DNA of 64,000 bases from Spirochaetia bacterium (lineage in GTDB: Bacteria; Spirochaetota; Spirochaetia; UBA9216): assembly GCA_963677925.2 (NCBI GenBank), contig CAXXYH010000003.1, positions 512,001-576,000 of the forward strand. The letters are read 5' to 3'. A program made the translations under genes and the position numbers. Positions within the stretch are counted from its first letter, which is position 1. The number at the start of each line of letters is the position of its first letter. Positions 27,148 to 38,174 of the stretch are shown here, in pieces. Under the pieces are notes generated by a model. The model had not been told where the DNA came from and ran no database searches. It saw nothing but the letters and a program-made list of their open reading frames with translations.

Positions 27148-28314
27148 ATGGTTAAAACATCGGTTAAAATATATTTTGCGGTAAGTTTGATATTTTTTAT
27201 AGCCCTTGCAGGCTACATATGGTACTCAATAGATGGATTCAAAAAAAACGGTGATACAGCTGCGGCTGATATTATCAATGTTCTGCAGAAAGATGCAGAA
27301 GTTTCTTTTTCGCTTTCGAAAGGCTTTTCCGGAAGCGGGTTCAGCCAGCACGTACGTGAGATCATGAGCAGTTACCCTGAATTATCGGGACTGATTATCT
27401 ATAGTAAACTTGAGGGTCCTGTTTATTTCAGTATTTATGATAAGAAGATTATAAGTTCAGATCCTTCAGAAATTTCGGAATGGAAGGGGCAGCCAGATTT
27501 CAATCTCTATAACCCCTTCTTTACTCAAAGATCTGTCAAATTATCCGTTCCTTCAAGTGATCTTTTTTTAACCATCGTGGTTAATACTTTTACCCGTTCA
27601 TCAATACTTCCGGTACTTAGAAATTCACTTGTGCTCGCCGTACTTTTTCTTCTCGTAACAGGGATATTCCTCAGCATCAACGGCAGTAGAAATCCATCAT
27701 TGACCTCAAATGATCGGCCATATACCGAAAATGGGAAAGTAGATAAGAATGATGGACCTTCTGAAGAAATACTTGATAAGCAGGCAGTTTCGGTTGCTGA
27801 TTCTAAGCAAAAAGCAGATACGGGAAGCCTTTTCTCTCCAAAGAGCGGTCTAGTATGGGAACATCTTTTACCCGAGCGTCTGTCCGCTGAGCTCAAAAGG
27901 GCAGCTTCATTTGATCAGGATGCCTGCTTAAGCTTTATAAGTATAAAGAGTCCCTCCGGATTCATACCTTACAGAAATATTTCCGAACTTATTATTGAGC
28001 ATTTTAATTATAAGGATCTTGCGTTTGAATATGGCAATAGCGGATTCTGCATTATTATACCTGACAAGGATATTGATGAGGGTCATACAGATGTTGAGCG
28101 CTTTAAAAAAAGTATTCTGAATCGTTTTCCGGAATCAGCCTTTAAAATATACGCAGGCCTTACATCACGAAACGGTCGGCTTCTTAACGAGGAACGTATG
28201 ATTCATGAAGCAAAGGTTGCCCTTGCAAAGGCGGAAAAAGAAACAGACAGTTCAACAATAGCTTTCAGAACCGATTTAAAGAAATACAGGCAGTTTATAG
28301 CTACAAAGGTTTAA
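27148..28314 (+). CDS. Two-TM membrane protein with degenerate GGDEF-like C-terminal domain
   Basis: Two TM helices; SPKSGL...RLSAELKRA...DLAFEYGNSGFCIIIPD...GLTSR...EAKVALAKA follows GGDEF topology. Confidence 0.7.
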   Translation: MVKTSVKIYFAVSLIFFIALAGYIWYSIDGFKKNGDTAAADIINVLQKDAEVSFSLSKGFSGSGFSQHVREIMSSYPELSGLIIYSKLEGPVYFSIYDKKIISSDPSEISEWKGQPDFNLYNPFFTQRSVKLSVPSSDLFLTIVVNTFTRSSILPVLRNSLVLAVLFLLVTGIFLSINGSRNPSLTSNDRPYTENGKVDKNDGPSEEILDKQAVSVADSKQKADTGSLFSPKSGLVWEHLLPERLSAELKRAASFDQDACLSFISIKSPSGFIPYRNISELIIEHFNYKDLAFEYGNSGFCIIIPDKDIDEGHTDVERFKKSILNRFPESAFKIYAGLTSRNGRLLNEERMIHEAKVALAKAEKETDSSTIAFRTDLKKYRQFIATKV

Positions 28315-29244
28315 TCAGTCTTCGTTAAGAATTGGAATATACTGTCCGTCTCTTGAGAGAAATGTATCAGGAAATACTGCTGCGGCCTCTTTCAGCATAT
28401 GTTTCAGATCATATTCGGTATATCGTGGACTGTAATGTATAAGCCCCATCTTTTTTACACCGCCTGCCGCCTTGGCAGTTTCAGCAGCTTGTACAGCAGT
28501 CATGTGACGTTTTTCCCAAGCACTATCCTTCAGTTCATCACAGAACATACCTTCACAGATAAGCAGATCTGAATCCTTTACAAATTCGGGCATTTCAGAA
28601 GTAACTGCGGTATCGGTAATAAATGAAAACTTTCTGCCTTTCCTTGCTTCACCAAGAACATCACCGGGCTTGACTGTTACCCCATTTTCAAGAATAACAT
28701 CTTCTCCCCGCTGCAGCTGCGACCAGAGAGGACCTTTGGGAACGCCCGACGCAACAGCTTTTTCAGGAAAAAAGATCCCGGGTCTGTCTTTTTCTACAAG
28801 CGAATAACCGACACAAGGCCTGGTATGATTGAGCTGTATGGTTTTAATGTAAAACTCTTCATTTTCATAAATAACACCGGGCTCAAAAATCTCCTTAACT
28901 ACTATCTCATAATTAATGTACATCTCCAGAACCCTGCGGCTTGTCTCAACATATTCTTTTATTCTTGGCGGTCCGTAAATAAATAGAGGTTCATCACGAT
29001 CAACCTGAGATGAAAGCATCAGAATGCCCGGAAGCCCGGTCACATGGTCTGCATGAGTATGGGAAATAAAAATAGAATTAATCTTTTTCCACTTCAGATT
29101 AAGTTTTCTTAATGAAACCTGTGTAGATTCACCGCAGTCAAAAAGAAATAAATCACCTTCCCTTCTTAAAAGTACGGAAGTCAAAAATCGGTAAGGAAGA
29201 GGCATCATGCCTCCGGTTCCTAGTATAAAAGCTTCAAGATTCAT
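28315..29244 (-). CDS. rnz: Ribonuclease Z
   Basis: LGTGG, FDCGE, HTHADH metallo-beta-lactamase motif, exosite GVPKGP, HYSPRY. Confidence 0.95.
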   Translation of the reverse strand: MNLEAFILGTGGMMPLPYRFLTSVLLRREGDLFLFDCGESTQVSLRKLNLKWKKINSIFISHTHADHVTGLPGILMLSSQVDRDEPLFIYGPPRIKEYVETSRRVLEMYINYEIVVKEIFEPGVIYENEEFYIKTIQLNHTRPCVGYSLVEKDRPGIFFPEKAVASGVPKGPLWSQLQRGEDVILENGVTVKPGDVLGEARKGRKFSFITDTAVTSEMPEFVKDSDLLICEGMFCDELKDSAWEKRHMTAVQAAETAKAAGGVKKMGLIHYSPRYTEYDLKHMLKEAAAVFPDTFLSRDGQYIPILNED

Positions 29245-29266
29245 CGTGAAAAACCTATCACAAAAA

Positions 29267-29866
29267 CTACTTTTTTGAAAGCATTTTCAAAGGATGCCCT
29301 GATAGTTTGAGATAGTCTCTCAGGGTTCTGGTTGATGAGCCGCCTACCTTCTGAAGGCAGACAAGAAAAACTTCCATACATGCTGCGGCATCATCTTCAG
29401 CGCGATGTGCATTTTCAAGGTTAATGCCGAGGTTCATTGCCAGACTTTCAAGAGTGTAACGCTGGTAACCACGCAGATGCCTTCTTGAAAGTGCAAGAGT
29501 ATCAACAAGCGGAAGTTCAGGAACAAGCCAGCCGCAGTCGGAAATACTCTGCCTTAAAAATGCAGCGTCAAAACCTATATTATGCGCAACGAGTACCGAA
29601 TCTTTTATAAAATCAATGAAGTCGGGAAGTATTACATCTATTGAAGGCTTGTCCGCTACCATATCATCAGAGATTCCGTTTACAGCCGAGGCAGCCTCTG
29701 GAATTCCGATTTCCGGATTTATCAGACCGGAAAAACGGTATTCTGCACCGCAGAGATCAAATTTTACCGCCCCTATCTCAATAATTTTATCCTTATCAGG
29801 ATAGAGGCCGGTAGTTTCAAAGTCAAAAGCGACGTAGGAAAGTTCGTTAATTTTTTTGTTCAGCAT
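29267..29866 (-). CDS. DEDDh 3'-5' exonuclease (DnaQ/PolC-like)
   Basis: [22 protein letters not shown]. Confidence 0.92.
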   Translation of the reverse strand: MLNKKINELSYVAFDFETTGLYPDKDKIIEIGAVKFDLCGAEYRFSGLINPEIGIPEAASAVNGISDDMVADKPSIDVILPDFIDFIKDSVLVAHNIGFDAAFLRQSISDCGWLVPELPLVDTLALSRRHLRGYQRYTLESLAMNLGINLENAHRAEDDAAACMEVFLVCLQKVGGSSTRTLRDYLKLSGHPLKMLSKK

Positions 29867-32345
29867 GCTCTGTCTGTTCTTTATTGTTTTTCTTTAAACG
29901 GAACTTTATCTTTTCATTTCTGCTTTCAACAAGAATATGATCTCCGCTCTTGAAATTACCCTTCAGAATTTCCATTGACAGCGGATCTTCTATCTCATTC
30001 TGAATAGTTCGTCTTAAAGGTCTTGCTCCGTATTTTACATCATAACCGATTTCTATAAGACGCTCTTTTGCCTTTTTGCTGATTTCAATGAAAATATTAT
30101 TCTCAAACAGTCTTATAGCTACTTCAGACATCATAACATCGAAAATCTCGCTGACATTAGCCTTATCAAGACTGTGGAATACTACAATATCATCAATTCG
30201 GTTCAAAAATTCAGGTCTGAAAACCCTTCTAAGCTCATTCATGGCAGAAGTTTTAATTTCGCCGTGATCCATCAAACCCTCAGAAACCTGAAAACCAAGA
30301 GATGAACCCTTTGATATTTCCCGGGCACCTGCATTACTTGTCATAATCAGAACTGTATTTCTAAATGACACTTTATGTCCAAGGTTATCAGCCAGTTCAC
30401 CTTCTTCGAGAACCTGCAGCAGCAGATTAAAGACATCAGGATGGGCTTTTTCAATTTCATCAAGAAGAATAACACTGTAAGGACGTCTCCTTATCTGTTC
30501 TGTAAGTACACCGCCCTCCTCATAGCCGACATATCCAGGAGGAGCTCCTACCAGCCTTGAAAGGTTGTGTTTTTCCATGTAATCAGACATATCTATTCGG
30601 ATAAGGGAATCCTGATTTCCAAAGAGAAACTCTGCAAGAGTTTTTGCAAGAAGAGTTTTACCAACACCCGTAGGTCCAAGAAAGATAAATGAACCCATCG
30701 GCCTCGTAGGTGAACTGAGACCGGTCCTCGATCTTCTTATCGATGATGCGACTACTTTAATGGCATCATCCTGGCCGATAACTGTCTTGTGAAGTTCTGC
30801 TTCAATTTTAAGAAGCCTTTCAGATTCTGTCTGTACAAGCCGGAACAAGGGAATACCGGTGATATTTGAAATCAGTTCCTGAATATCCTCATCAGTTACT
30901 ACATTTTTCTCATGTCTCAGCGTATCCTGCCAGCCCTTCTTTAGCTCTTCAACTTCAGATTTCATCTGACGGACCTTGTCACGTACAGCGGCAGCCTTTT
31001 CGTAGTTCTGGCTGTTTACCAGCGTGATCTTTTCCTGGGTAAGCTCCTCTATCTTCTTCTCCATATCTGCAAGTTCTTTTGGCCTGATGCTGTTGTTTAT
31101 ACGTTTGTATGAACCTGCTTCATCTATAAGATCGATTGCCTTGTCAGGCAGAAACCTGTCCGGTACGTACTTATCTGAAAGCTTGGCTGCAGCAATAACA
31201 GCCTCATCGGTATATTTAACATTATGATGTTCTTCGTAATTGGCTTTCACTCCATGAAGTATGGCAATGGTATCCTCAACATTCGGTTCTTCGACAAGGA
31301 TGGTCTGAAAGCGTCTTTCAAGTGCCGCATCTTTCTCTATATACTTCTTATATTCGTTCAGGGTGGTGGCACCAACGCACTGAAGCTCTCCGCGGGATAA
31401 TGCCGGCTTTAGCATATTTGATGCGTCTATGGCCCCTTCAGCACCGCCTGCTCCTATAATTGTGTGAAGTTCGTCAATAAACAGAATAACATTTCCAGCC
31501 GCTCGTATTTCTTTCATTACACGCTTAAGTCTCTCCTCGAATTCACCGCGGTATTTTGTACCTGCTATAAGTGAGGCCAGATCAAGGGTAAGAACACGCT
31601 TTCCAATAAGAACCTCCGGGGCTTCTCCATCTACAATTTTCTGGGCAAGTCCTTCAACTATGGCTGTTTTACCAACTCCCGGTTCACCGATAAGTACGGG
31701 GTTGTTTTTATTACGTCTGGCGAGAATCTGAATTACACGCTGGATTTCCTTCTCACGTCCGATTACAGGGTCAAGCTTTTCCTGTCTGGCGTATTCGGTC
31801 AGCTCCCTGGCAAACTCATCCAGAGTAGGTGTGGATTTTTTGCTGTTAATAGGCAGCTTTTTCCTTGCAGGTTCATCAGTCTGGGCAGGTTTCTGCTTAA
31901 CATTCCCGGGTCCTCTGATTTCAATCACTGTATTTCTTAAGTCATCCGGATTAACCGAATACTTGATGAAAAAGCGTGATGCTATACTACCCGCTTCATT
32001 CACTGCAGCAATAATCAGATGCTCGGTACCGATATAGTCATGACCGAGATTTCTAGCTTCCTCGGCTGAATCTTCAAGAATTTTCTTGCCGCGTCTTGAT
32101 GGAGGCACATCGCCAAGTATCAGTCCGCTGTGTTTTTTAGGTATATTGCGCTCTATTTCAAGCTGAAGCTCTATGGGATCGATATTAAGCTTTTTCATAG
32201 CTTTATAACCGATTCCCTCACCTTCCTTTATAATTGCAAGCAGGATATGTTCGGGAAGCAGCTGATCCGAGTGAAACCGCTTAGCTTCTTCCTGGGCAAA
32301 TATTGTCAGTATTCTCTGCGCTCTCTGTGTAAGGCCTTTGAACAT
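29847..32345 (-). CDS. clpC: ATP-dependent Clp protease ATP-binding subunit ClpC
   Basis: Clp-N repeats, [11 protein letters not shown] motif, [21 protein letters not shown]. Confidence 0.96.
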   Translation of the reverse strand: MFKGLTQRAQRILTIFAQEEAKRFHSDQLLPEHILLAIIKEGEGIGYKAMKKLNIDPIELQLEIERNIPKKHSGLILGDVPPSRRGKKILEDSAEEARNLGHDYIGTEHLIIAAVNEAGSIASRFFIKYSVNPDDLRNTVIEIRGPGNVKQKPAQTDEPARKKLPINSKKSTPTLDEFARELTEYARQEKLDPVIGREKEIQRVIQILARRNKNNPVLIGEPGVGKTAIVEGLAQKIVDGEAPEVLIGKRVLTLDLASLIAGTKYRGEFEERLKRVMKEIRAAGNVILFIDELHTIIGAGGAEGAIDASNMLKPALSRGELQCVGATTLNEYKKYIEKDAALERRFQTILVEEPNVEDTIAILHGVKANYEEHHNVKYTDEAVIAAAKLSDKYVPDRFLPDKAIDLIDEAGSYKRINNSIRPKELADMEKKIEELTQEKITLVNSQNYEKAAAVRDKVRQMKSEVEELKKGWQDTLRHEKNVVTDEDIQELISNITGIPLFRLVQTESERLLKIEAELHKTVIGQDDAIKVVASSIRRSRTGLSSPTRPMGSFIFLGPTGVGKTLLAKTLAEFLFGNQDSLIRIDMSDYMEKHNLSRLVGAPPGYVGYEEGGVLTEQIRRRPYSVILLDEIEKAHPDVFNLLLQVLEEGELADNLGHKVSFRNTVLIMTSNAGAREISKGSSLGFQVSEGLMDHGEIKTSAMNELRRVFRPEFLNRIDDIVVFHSLDKANVSEIFDVMMSEVAIRLFENNIFIEISKKAKERLIEIGYDVKYGARPLRRTIQNEIEDPLSMEILKGNFKSGDHILVESRNEKIKFRLKKNNKEQTEHAEQKN

Positions 32346-32363
32346 TCCGTCCTCCGTATTTTT

Positions 32364-33425
32364 CTACAGTTGTTTTTCCAGTATTACCTTTTTTATAAGT
32401 TCGGCTCTAGTAAAATCTATTAATGAATCATTGGATGCATCTTCATCCTTTCCAAGCATTCTCTGTATATGTGATTTCTGGCTGAGAAATATCAGCGTAC
32501 TGCACACATTCATTGGAAGCTCAAACATTCCAAGCGCGGCTCCAAGCCTCAGCATTGACAGGTTCTGCATTGCTTCGTTTGATCCGAGCAGTCTGCAGTT
32601 TGTAAGCAGACCGTATGCACGGTAGACAGTATCTTCCAGTTCAGTTCTTTTCTTTTCAAACAGTTCTTCACGGGCTTTACGTTCATAAAGGCTGATCTGC
32701 TGTGCAAGATTCTCCAGCTTTTCAATAAGTTCCTGCTCAGAATGACCTATTGTAAACTGATTTGAAATCTGGTACATGCTTCCGAGTGAATGATCTTCAT
32801 CACCCATAAAACCCTTTACAGTAAAACCAATCTGAACAACAGCTTTTAAAGCTTTTTCAATCAGATTTGTTTTAACAAGTGCCGGCAAATGCATCATCAC
32901 AGAAACCTTCATCCCTGTTCCGAGATTTCCGACCTCTGTATTGAGATACCCAAGATCAAAAGAAACCGCATAATCAAGATATTTTTCAAGTTCACGATCT
33001 ATTGCATCAGCTTTCTTATAACACTCTTCGACATCAAGACCGCCCCCGAATACCGACAATCTTATATGGTCTCTTTCGTTTATCATACAGGAGCTCAGGT
33101 TATCTTCGCTCAAAGCGAATTTTCTCGATTGATGAAGTGTAAAGTCCTGGGAAATATGATTTCTTTCAAGCAGAATCTTACGATCAAGCGGATTTATATT
33201 ACCAACTTCGTCAGTTCTGAAAATTGTAGCGCCAGAAATTTTTCCAAAAGAATCAGATATCTCAGCCCCTACCTTATCTTCTTCATCCTGCTCCATCTTT
33301 CCCGGATACATATGTCCGTTCAGATTTCTAGAAAGTCTTATCCGACTTGAGATTACAACATCTTCATGTGCACCGCTTTCAGAAAACCAGCCGGCCTTTT
33401 CCTTTATCAGCAGACTGCTACTCAT
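32364..33425 (-). CDS. mcsB: McsB-like ATP:guanido phosphotransferase (protein arginine kinase homologue)
   Basis: SSRIRLSRN, LLERNHIS, NLGTG, HLPAL, YQISNQ; lies between mcsA and clpC; start moved to ATG 33425. Confidence 0.85.
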   Translation of the reverse strand: MSSSLLIKEKAGWFSESGAHEDVVISSRIRLSRNLNGHMYPGKMEQDEEDKVGAEISDSFGKISGATIFRTDEVGNINPLDRKILLERNHISQDFTLHQSRKFALSEDNLSSCMINERDHIRLSVFGGGLDVEECYKKADAIDRELEKYLDYAVSFDLGYLNTEVGNLGTGMKVSVMMHLPALVKTNLIEKALKAVVQIGFTVKGFMGDEDHSLGSMYQISNQFTIGHSEQELIEKLENLAQQISLYERKAREELFEKKRTELEDTVYRAYGLLTNCRLLGSNEAMQNLSMLRLGAALGMFELPMNVCSTLIFLSQKSHIQRMLGKDEDASNDSLIDFTRAELIKKVILEKQL

Positions 33426-33930
33426 CACCAACCCCCGCTCTTTTTTCAAGAAGCTTTATACGATCTCTGAGGATAGCCGCCTGTTCATAATCTTCGCTGC
33501 TGATTGCGCTGGAAAGCTTTTCACGAAGGCTTTCCTTGTCGACGAGAAGGGTTTTAAGCGTAATTACCTTTTCAGGGAGCTTGCCGGTATGACGGAAATT
33601 CCCGGCTGTATTCTGAAGATAATTCTCTACATCTTTAATAAACACATTATAGCATTCGGGACAGCCTACTGTTCCGTTCTTTCTGAAATCCTTAATATTT
33701 GTACCGCAGTTTCTGCAAACTTCACTGTCCGTTTTTTCGGAAATCTTGTCAGTGATATCGATAAGTCCGGTCAGAAGCTGTGAAAGAGAGAGTTCTATTA
33801 TGTCCTCTTCACCTGAAATTCCTTTTTCACCGGCGCAGGATGTACATAAGTGAAGTTCTTTTACATCATTACCCATTATCTGTTTTACATGTATAACGGC
33901 GTCATTATCGCCGCAAATATCACATTTCAT
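33418..33930 (-). CDS. mcsA: McsA-like protein (CxxC motifs plus UVR domain)
   Basis: Four CxxC motifs, HTGKLP, EDYEQAAILRD. Confidence 0.92.
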   Translation of the reverse strand: MKCDICGDNDAVIHVKQIMGNDVKELHLCTSCAGEKGISGEEDIIELSLSQLLTGLIDITDKISEKTDSEVCRNCGTNIKDFRKNGTVGCPECYNVFIKDVENYLQNTAGNFRHTGKLPEKVITLKTLLVDKESLREKLSSAISSEDYEQAAILRDRIKLLEKRAGVGDE

Positions 33931-33992
33931 TCAGCCACCTTACATATTAGTTTAATAAAATTTGCGATTAAAATAAAGTGATTTAAATTTTG

Positions 33993-35228
33993 TCAATGTT
34001 TACTGATTACTTCCAACGGCTTCAGCTTCTCAGCCTTTCCGGCAGGTATTACTGCTGCAAGCGATGACAGGATCACTGCAGTAATAAAAACTGCAGCTAT
34101 CTGATAAGGCCTGATGATGACCGGAATGTGATCCAGGTAGAAACCGGCCGCTTCGGAAATCCTGTTAAAAAACAGAATAATACGGTTAATATTCAATGAT
34201 ATCAGAAGCCCGGCAGCAATACCTGCGAATGCTCCGGTAATGCCGGTCACCGCCCCTGTAATAATGAAAGCAAGTCTTATCTGTCCCCGGCCGGCACCAC
34301 AGCTTTTTAAAATGGCAATATCCTGCTGTCTGTCCATAATCATAATAATCATTGAAGAGGCAACATTAACCGATGCAACAACTACGATAATAATCATGAT
34401 AAATAAAAGCAGAGTTCTTGTGGTATTCAGCGACTCATACATACTTCTGTTAAGCTGATACCAGGAATATATCATTGAACCTTTACCAGCAGCACGCTGC
34501 AGTTCTGCACTTACAGTCCCGGAATCAGCATACGGATCTTCAACTTTAGTCTCAAGATGCATTTCGCCGCTGCTTCTGAAAAGCATAGCCGCCTTGTCAT
34601 AATTTATATATGCTGAAAGCGCATCCAGCTCGTAATAACCGGTTGAAAATATGCCTGTCACCGTAAAAACTTCGGGGCGCAGAACAGTGCGTCCGCTGGA
34701 CGTCTGCATGGCTGTCAGCAGTTTCACTTCCTCTCCGGGCGATGTATCAAGAAGCTCTGCTATTCCGCTGCTTATCATGATTGAATTATTTTCATGAATA
34801 TCAAAAGTTCCGCTCTCAATTTCAAGATATTCTTTAAGTCCTGAATCTCTTTCATATATATCATCAGGCAGACCTTTCACCTGTATTCCGCTTTTATATG
34901 ACACAGAGTATATAAGCGCACTGCCTGTATAAACCGGATATGCACAAAGCACACCGGAGATATTTTCAGTTTTTTCGAGAGCTTCAGCGATTTCGGTTTT
35001 ATCAGGTTCATCAAAGAATCTTGTCTGATAATGTCCGGTGCCTATTTCAATAAAGCGTCTTGTAATACCCTCAATCATTCCGGTAGAAACTTCAAGTACA
35101 ACAATAAGCGGAATCATTGATAGAGCAATTCCAACAGCAGCTCCCGCCATCGTGCGTCTTTTCCCTCTGTTGAAGGTCATAAAATTTCTAAGTCCGAGAA
35201 ATACTGAAAAAGCCGGAGAATTCATCAT
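33993..35228 (-). CDS. LolC/E family ABC transporter permease
   Basis: MacB/FtsX topology, DIAILKSCGA, LKPLEVI. Confidence 0.88.
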   Translation of the reverse strand: MMNSPAFSVFLGLRNFMTFNRGKRRTMAGAAVGIALSMIPLIVVLEVSTGMIEGITRRFIEIGTGHYQTRFFDEPDKTEIAEALEKTENISGVLCAYPVYTGSALIYSVSYKSGIQVKGLPDDIYERDSGLKEYLEIESGTFDIHENNSIMISSGIAELLDTSPGEEVKLLTAMQTSSGRTVLRPEVFTVTGIFSTGYYELDALSAYINYDKAAMLFRSSGEMHLETKVEDPYADSGTVSAELQRAAGKGSMIYSWYQLNRSMYESLNTTRTLLLFIMIIIVVVASVNVASSMIIMIMDRQQDIAILKSCGAGRGQIRLAFIITGAVTGITGAFAGIAAGLLISLNINRIILFFNRISEAAGFYLDHIPVIIRPYQIAAVFITAVILSSLAAVIPAGKAEKLKPLEVISKH

Positions 35229-35894
35229 AATTTAACCAGCTCACCGGATGTAAGTTTATATTCAATGCTTCCGCGGCCTGCAAGCTCCATGTCGTGAGTA
35301 ACCATGATGAGCGTTTTACCGTATTCGGCCACAAGTCTGAAAAGCAGTTCTTCAACAATTGAAGAAATTTTCCTCATCAAGGTTGCCGGTAGGTTCGTCT
35401 GCAAGAATAAGCTTCGGATCATTGACCAGAGCTCTGGCCATTGCGGCACGCTGCCTTTCCCCGCCTGAAAGCTGTGACGGAAAATGGTTGAGCCGTTCGC
35501 CAAGTTTTACATGCTCAAGCAGTTCCTCAGCTTTTTTCAAAGCTTTTTTCCTGCTTTCACCGGCCATGTAAAGAGGCATCATTACATTTTCCAGACATGT
35601 AAAATCTTTCAGAAGGTAATGAAACTGAAAAATGAACCCAATAGTTTTCTGGCGGTACCTTGCAATTTCATATTCAGTCATGGTGTTGATTTGATTTCCG
35701 TCAATTTCAACCAATCCTTCATCACCGTTATCCAGACCGCCTATGATATTAAGCAGAGTACTTTTACCGCAACCGCTGCCTCCGGTAATCATAACCTTAG
35801 TGCCCTTCTCTATTTTGAGATCAATATTTTTGAGTATCTGAAGATCCTCATTTCCTGTTTTATAGGCCTTTTTAAGACCTTCTATTTTTACCAG
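35225..35894 (-). pseudogene. lolD: LolD-like ABC ATPase interrupted by a +1 frameshift (probable sequence error or lesion)
   Basis: [26 protein letters not shown] in one frame; SSIVEELLF...MVTHD in the other; removing one base at ~35365-35371 restores GNLDEENSSIVEE; no ATG/GTG/TTG at the expected 5' end. Confidence 0.8.
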
Positions 35895-35926
35895 AATAAT
35901 CCTCCCGAAATATTATTAAACCAGGT

Positions 35927-37126
35927 CTACTCATACCGCAGAACTTCCTGCGGCATAATTCTTGAAACCCTAGCAGAGGCAGCAGCAGCAGCGGCTATAC
36001 AGAAAATTACAGCAGCTGAGAATATTATTGTAACCTCGGAAGGGACTACCCTGACCGGAACATCAATAAGAAATCCGGCGGTCCTGAGCGACAGTAATCC
36101 AAGTATATTGTTAATATTGAAGGTGATAAGCAGTCCGAAAACCACACCTATCAGCCCGCCGCCTGCACCGATGATAAAACCGTCAATAATGAATATATTC
36201 CTGATATTAGAAGGAGTTGCTCCTATTGCTCTTAGAATACCGATCTCCTCCTGCTTCTCAAAGACGGTTCTGCGGGTGGAATTAAATATTCCGAATGAAA
36301 CCACAAGAAAAATCAGTCCGAGAAGAATAAACATCATATTTTTTTCAAGCTTGAGAGCTCCGAAAAAAGCTCTGTTGTATTCCTGCCAGCCTGTAACACT
36401 TACGGCATCAGAATTGCCTGCGATGTCTGAAATACTCTGTATAGCTGAATTAGTTCTAAAACGGTTTTTAAGTTTGACCCCGTATTTTATTTTTGTAATA
36501 CCATCAAGTACTTCAATATCTTCAAGATTCGTAATCATCAGACTGGAATCAAAATCACCGTATCCGGATCTGAAAAAACCGCTTATTCTGAAATCGGTTG
36601 TAACAGGTCTCATCGCATTGAACTTTCCGCCGTTAAGAGACATTAAAGAGACTGTATCACCAATATTTACCCCAAGCCGGTATGCCATTGTCCTTCCGAT
36701 AATCACAGAACGGTCGTCCTGTCCAAGCTCACCATCGGTTATGTTAAGCTGATTAGAAAAACCGGGGTCCAGAGTCTTAAAATCGGGAGGAATACCCTTT
36801 ATCAGACAGGGCTCAAGTGAATAATCCGTACTTATTATGCTCTGGGTATCTTTGAAAGGCATTACACTTCTTACAGCGGGAAGTTTTCTGATTTCAGCAG
36901 CACTGTCTGCATCGATCCCCTCAACCATCACATGAAAAGATGATATCTCAAGAATATCCTCTATAAATCCCATTTGAAAACCGTTCATAACCGATATAAC
37001 CGTTATCAATGCCGTTACACCGACAGCTATACCTATTCCCGATAAAAGGGTTGCTGTGAATCTTCTGTTTTTTCGTCCAACCTGCATATATCTGGAGGAA
37101 ATAAAAAGAATCCATTTCCTAATCAT
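35927..37126 (-). CDS. LolC/E family ABC transporter permease
   Basis: GIAVGVTALITVISVMNGF, LKLEK, EIGILRAIGA, PQEVLRYE. Confidence 0.92.
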   Translation of the reverse strand: MIRKWILFISSRYMQVGRKNRRFTATLLSGIGIAVGVTALITVISVMNGFQMGFIEDILEISSFHVMVEGIDADSAAEIRKLPAVRSVMPFKDTQSIISTDYSLEPCLIKGIPPDFKTLDPGFSNQLNITDGELGQDDRSVIIGRTMAYRLGVNIGDTVSLMSLNGGKFNAMRPVTTDFRISGFFRSGYGDFDSSLMITNLEDIEVLDGITKIKYGVKLKNRFRTNSAIQSISDIAGNSDAVSVTGWQEYNRAFFGALKLEKNMMFILLGLIFLVVSFGIFNSTRRTVFEKQEEIGILRAIGATPSNIRNIFIIDGFIIGAGGGLIGVVFGLLITFNINNILGLLSLRTAGFLIDVPVRVVPSEVTIIFSAAVIFCIAAAAAASARVSRIMPQEVLRYE

Positions 37127-38174
37127 TGCTGCTCCCGTCCGAAATCAAATCTATCACCTCGACAGCATCATCATTTTTATATTTTATTTCGACTGAGGGG
37201 CTGCCGTTTCTGTAGAATATTTCTGAATAAGAGTTTTCGTCTGTATAATTTATCTCTCTTATCCGGTTTCCGTTTCTCATATACAATTCTGAAATAAGTA
37301 TACCCTCGTTATCATATGTAAAAAATTCCTTTTCAACCGTTCCCGTTACTGTTCTGATAATTGAGGCAGTTCTGCCATCATTATAGGTAAAATCAACCGT
37401 TTTAATTCTTAATCCATCTGAATCACGCTTATCCTCTCTGATAAGCAAATTCTCGGAATTGAAAGTCAAAGTGGTAACAGTACCGTCAATATTATTTTCT
37501 ATTACTTCCCTGCTTCCGCGGCTGTCCCTGCTTATATGCCGTATTTTTGTAACAGTCTGATCTTTTTTAACCTCTTCCAGCGTAAGCCTGCCTTCATCGT
37601 CATAAACCAGAAGGCTGCTTTTTTTTGCCATACTGATAAGATAGGCTTTGATATTTCCGCCTGTAAAGAGAAAGGACATCAGTGAAGAATCATCACTGTC
37701 AGCAGAGACTCTTTTTACATCAAGAAGTCTGCCGCCTGCAGAATATGTATAACGGTCGGTATACAGCGCTGTTTCATTTTCATACGAAGTAACCTCACTG
37801 ATTTCTGCTCCTGAGTAGCTGTAAACAGTTTTGAGGTCAGTGCCGTCTGAATTTCTGGATTCTTCCGATATCACCAGGCCGTTCTCTCTGACTGATAGTT
37901 CTGTGACATCAGCTTTAATAAGAGTTTCAACTGACTGACTGCCGGAAAAAGAAACAGTTTTTCTGGAGTAAATACGGCCTTCATGATAGAGAATAGAAAC
38001 CTCTGAGTTCTCATCACCATCCATCACTTCAAGATACCACTCAAATCCTGAAGCTTCATCAGCTTCTGCAGGAGCAAGTCTCATTCCGATCATATTCGAT
38101 TTAAAATAGGACTGTGCTGTGAGTATTCCGGGTATAAAAATAATGACTAAGAATAAGAAAACTTTCTTTATCAT
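37119..38174 (-). CDS. Exported hypothetical protein with beta-hairpin (YD/MORN-like) repeats
   Basis: Signal peptide; YSAGGR, YDDEGR, YDNEG repeats. Confidence 0.7.
   Translation of the reverse strand: MIKKVFLFLVIIFIPGILTAQSYFKSNMIGMRLAPAEADEASGFEWYLEVMDGDENSEVSILYHEGRIYSRKTVSFSGSQSVETLIKADVTELSVRENGLVISEESRNSDGTDLKTVYSYSGAEISEVTSYENETALYTDRYTYSAGGRLLDVKRVSADSDDSSLMSFLFTGGNIKAYLISMAKKSSLLVYDDEGRLTLEEVKKDQTVTKIRHISRDSRGSREVIENNIDGTVTTLTFNSENLLIREDKRDSDGLRIKTVDFTYNDGRTASIIRTVTGTVEKEFFTYDNEGILISELYMRNGNRIREINYTDENSYSEIFYRNGSPSVEIKYKNDDAVEVIDLISDGSSND

Noticed and set aside
33931-33996. CtsR or CIRCE heat-shock operator upstream of mcsA
   Set aside because: No GGTCAAA heptad repeats or TTAGCACTC inverted repeat seen; only an AT-rich promoter-like stretch with TTGACA
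35484-36752. 422-aa plus-strand ORF
   Set aside because: Fully antisense to lolC/lolD, which have clear family motifs; no recognisable protein features
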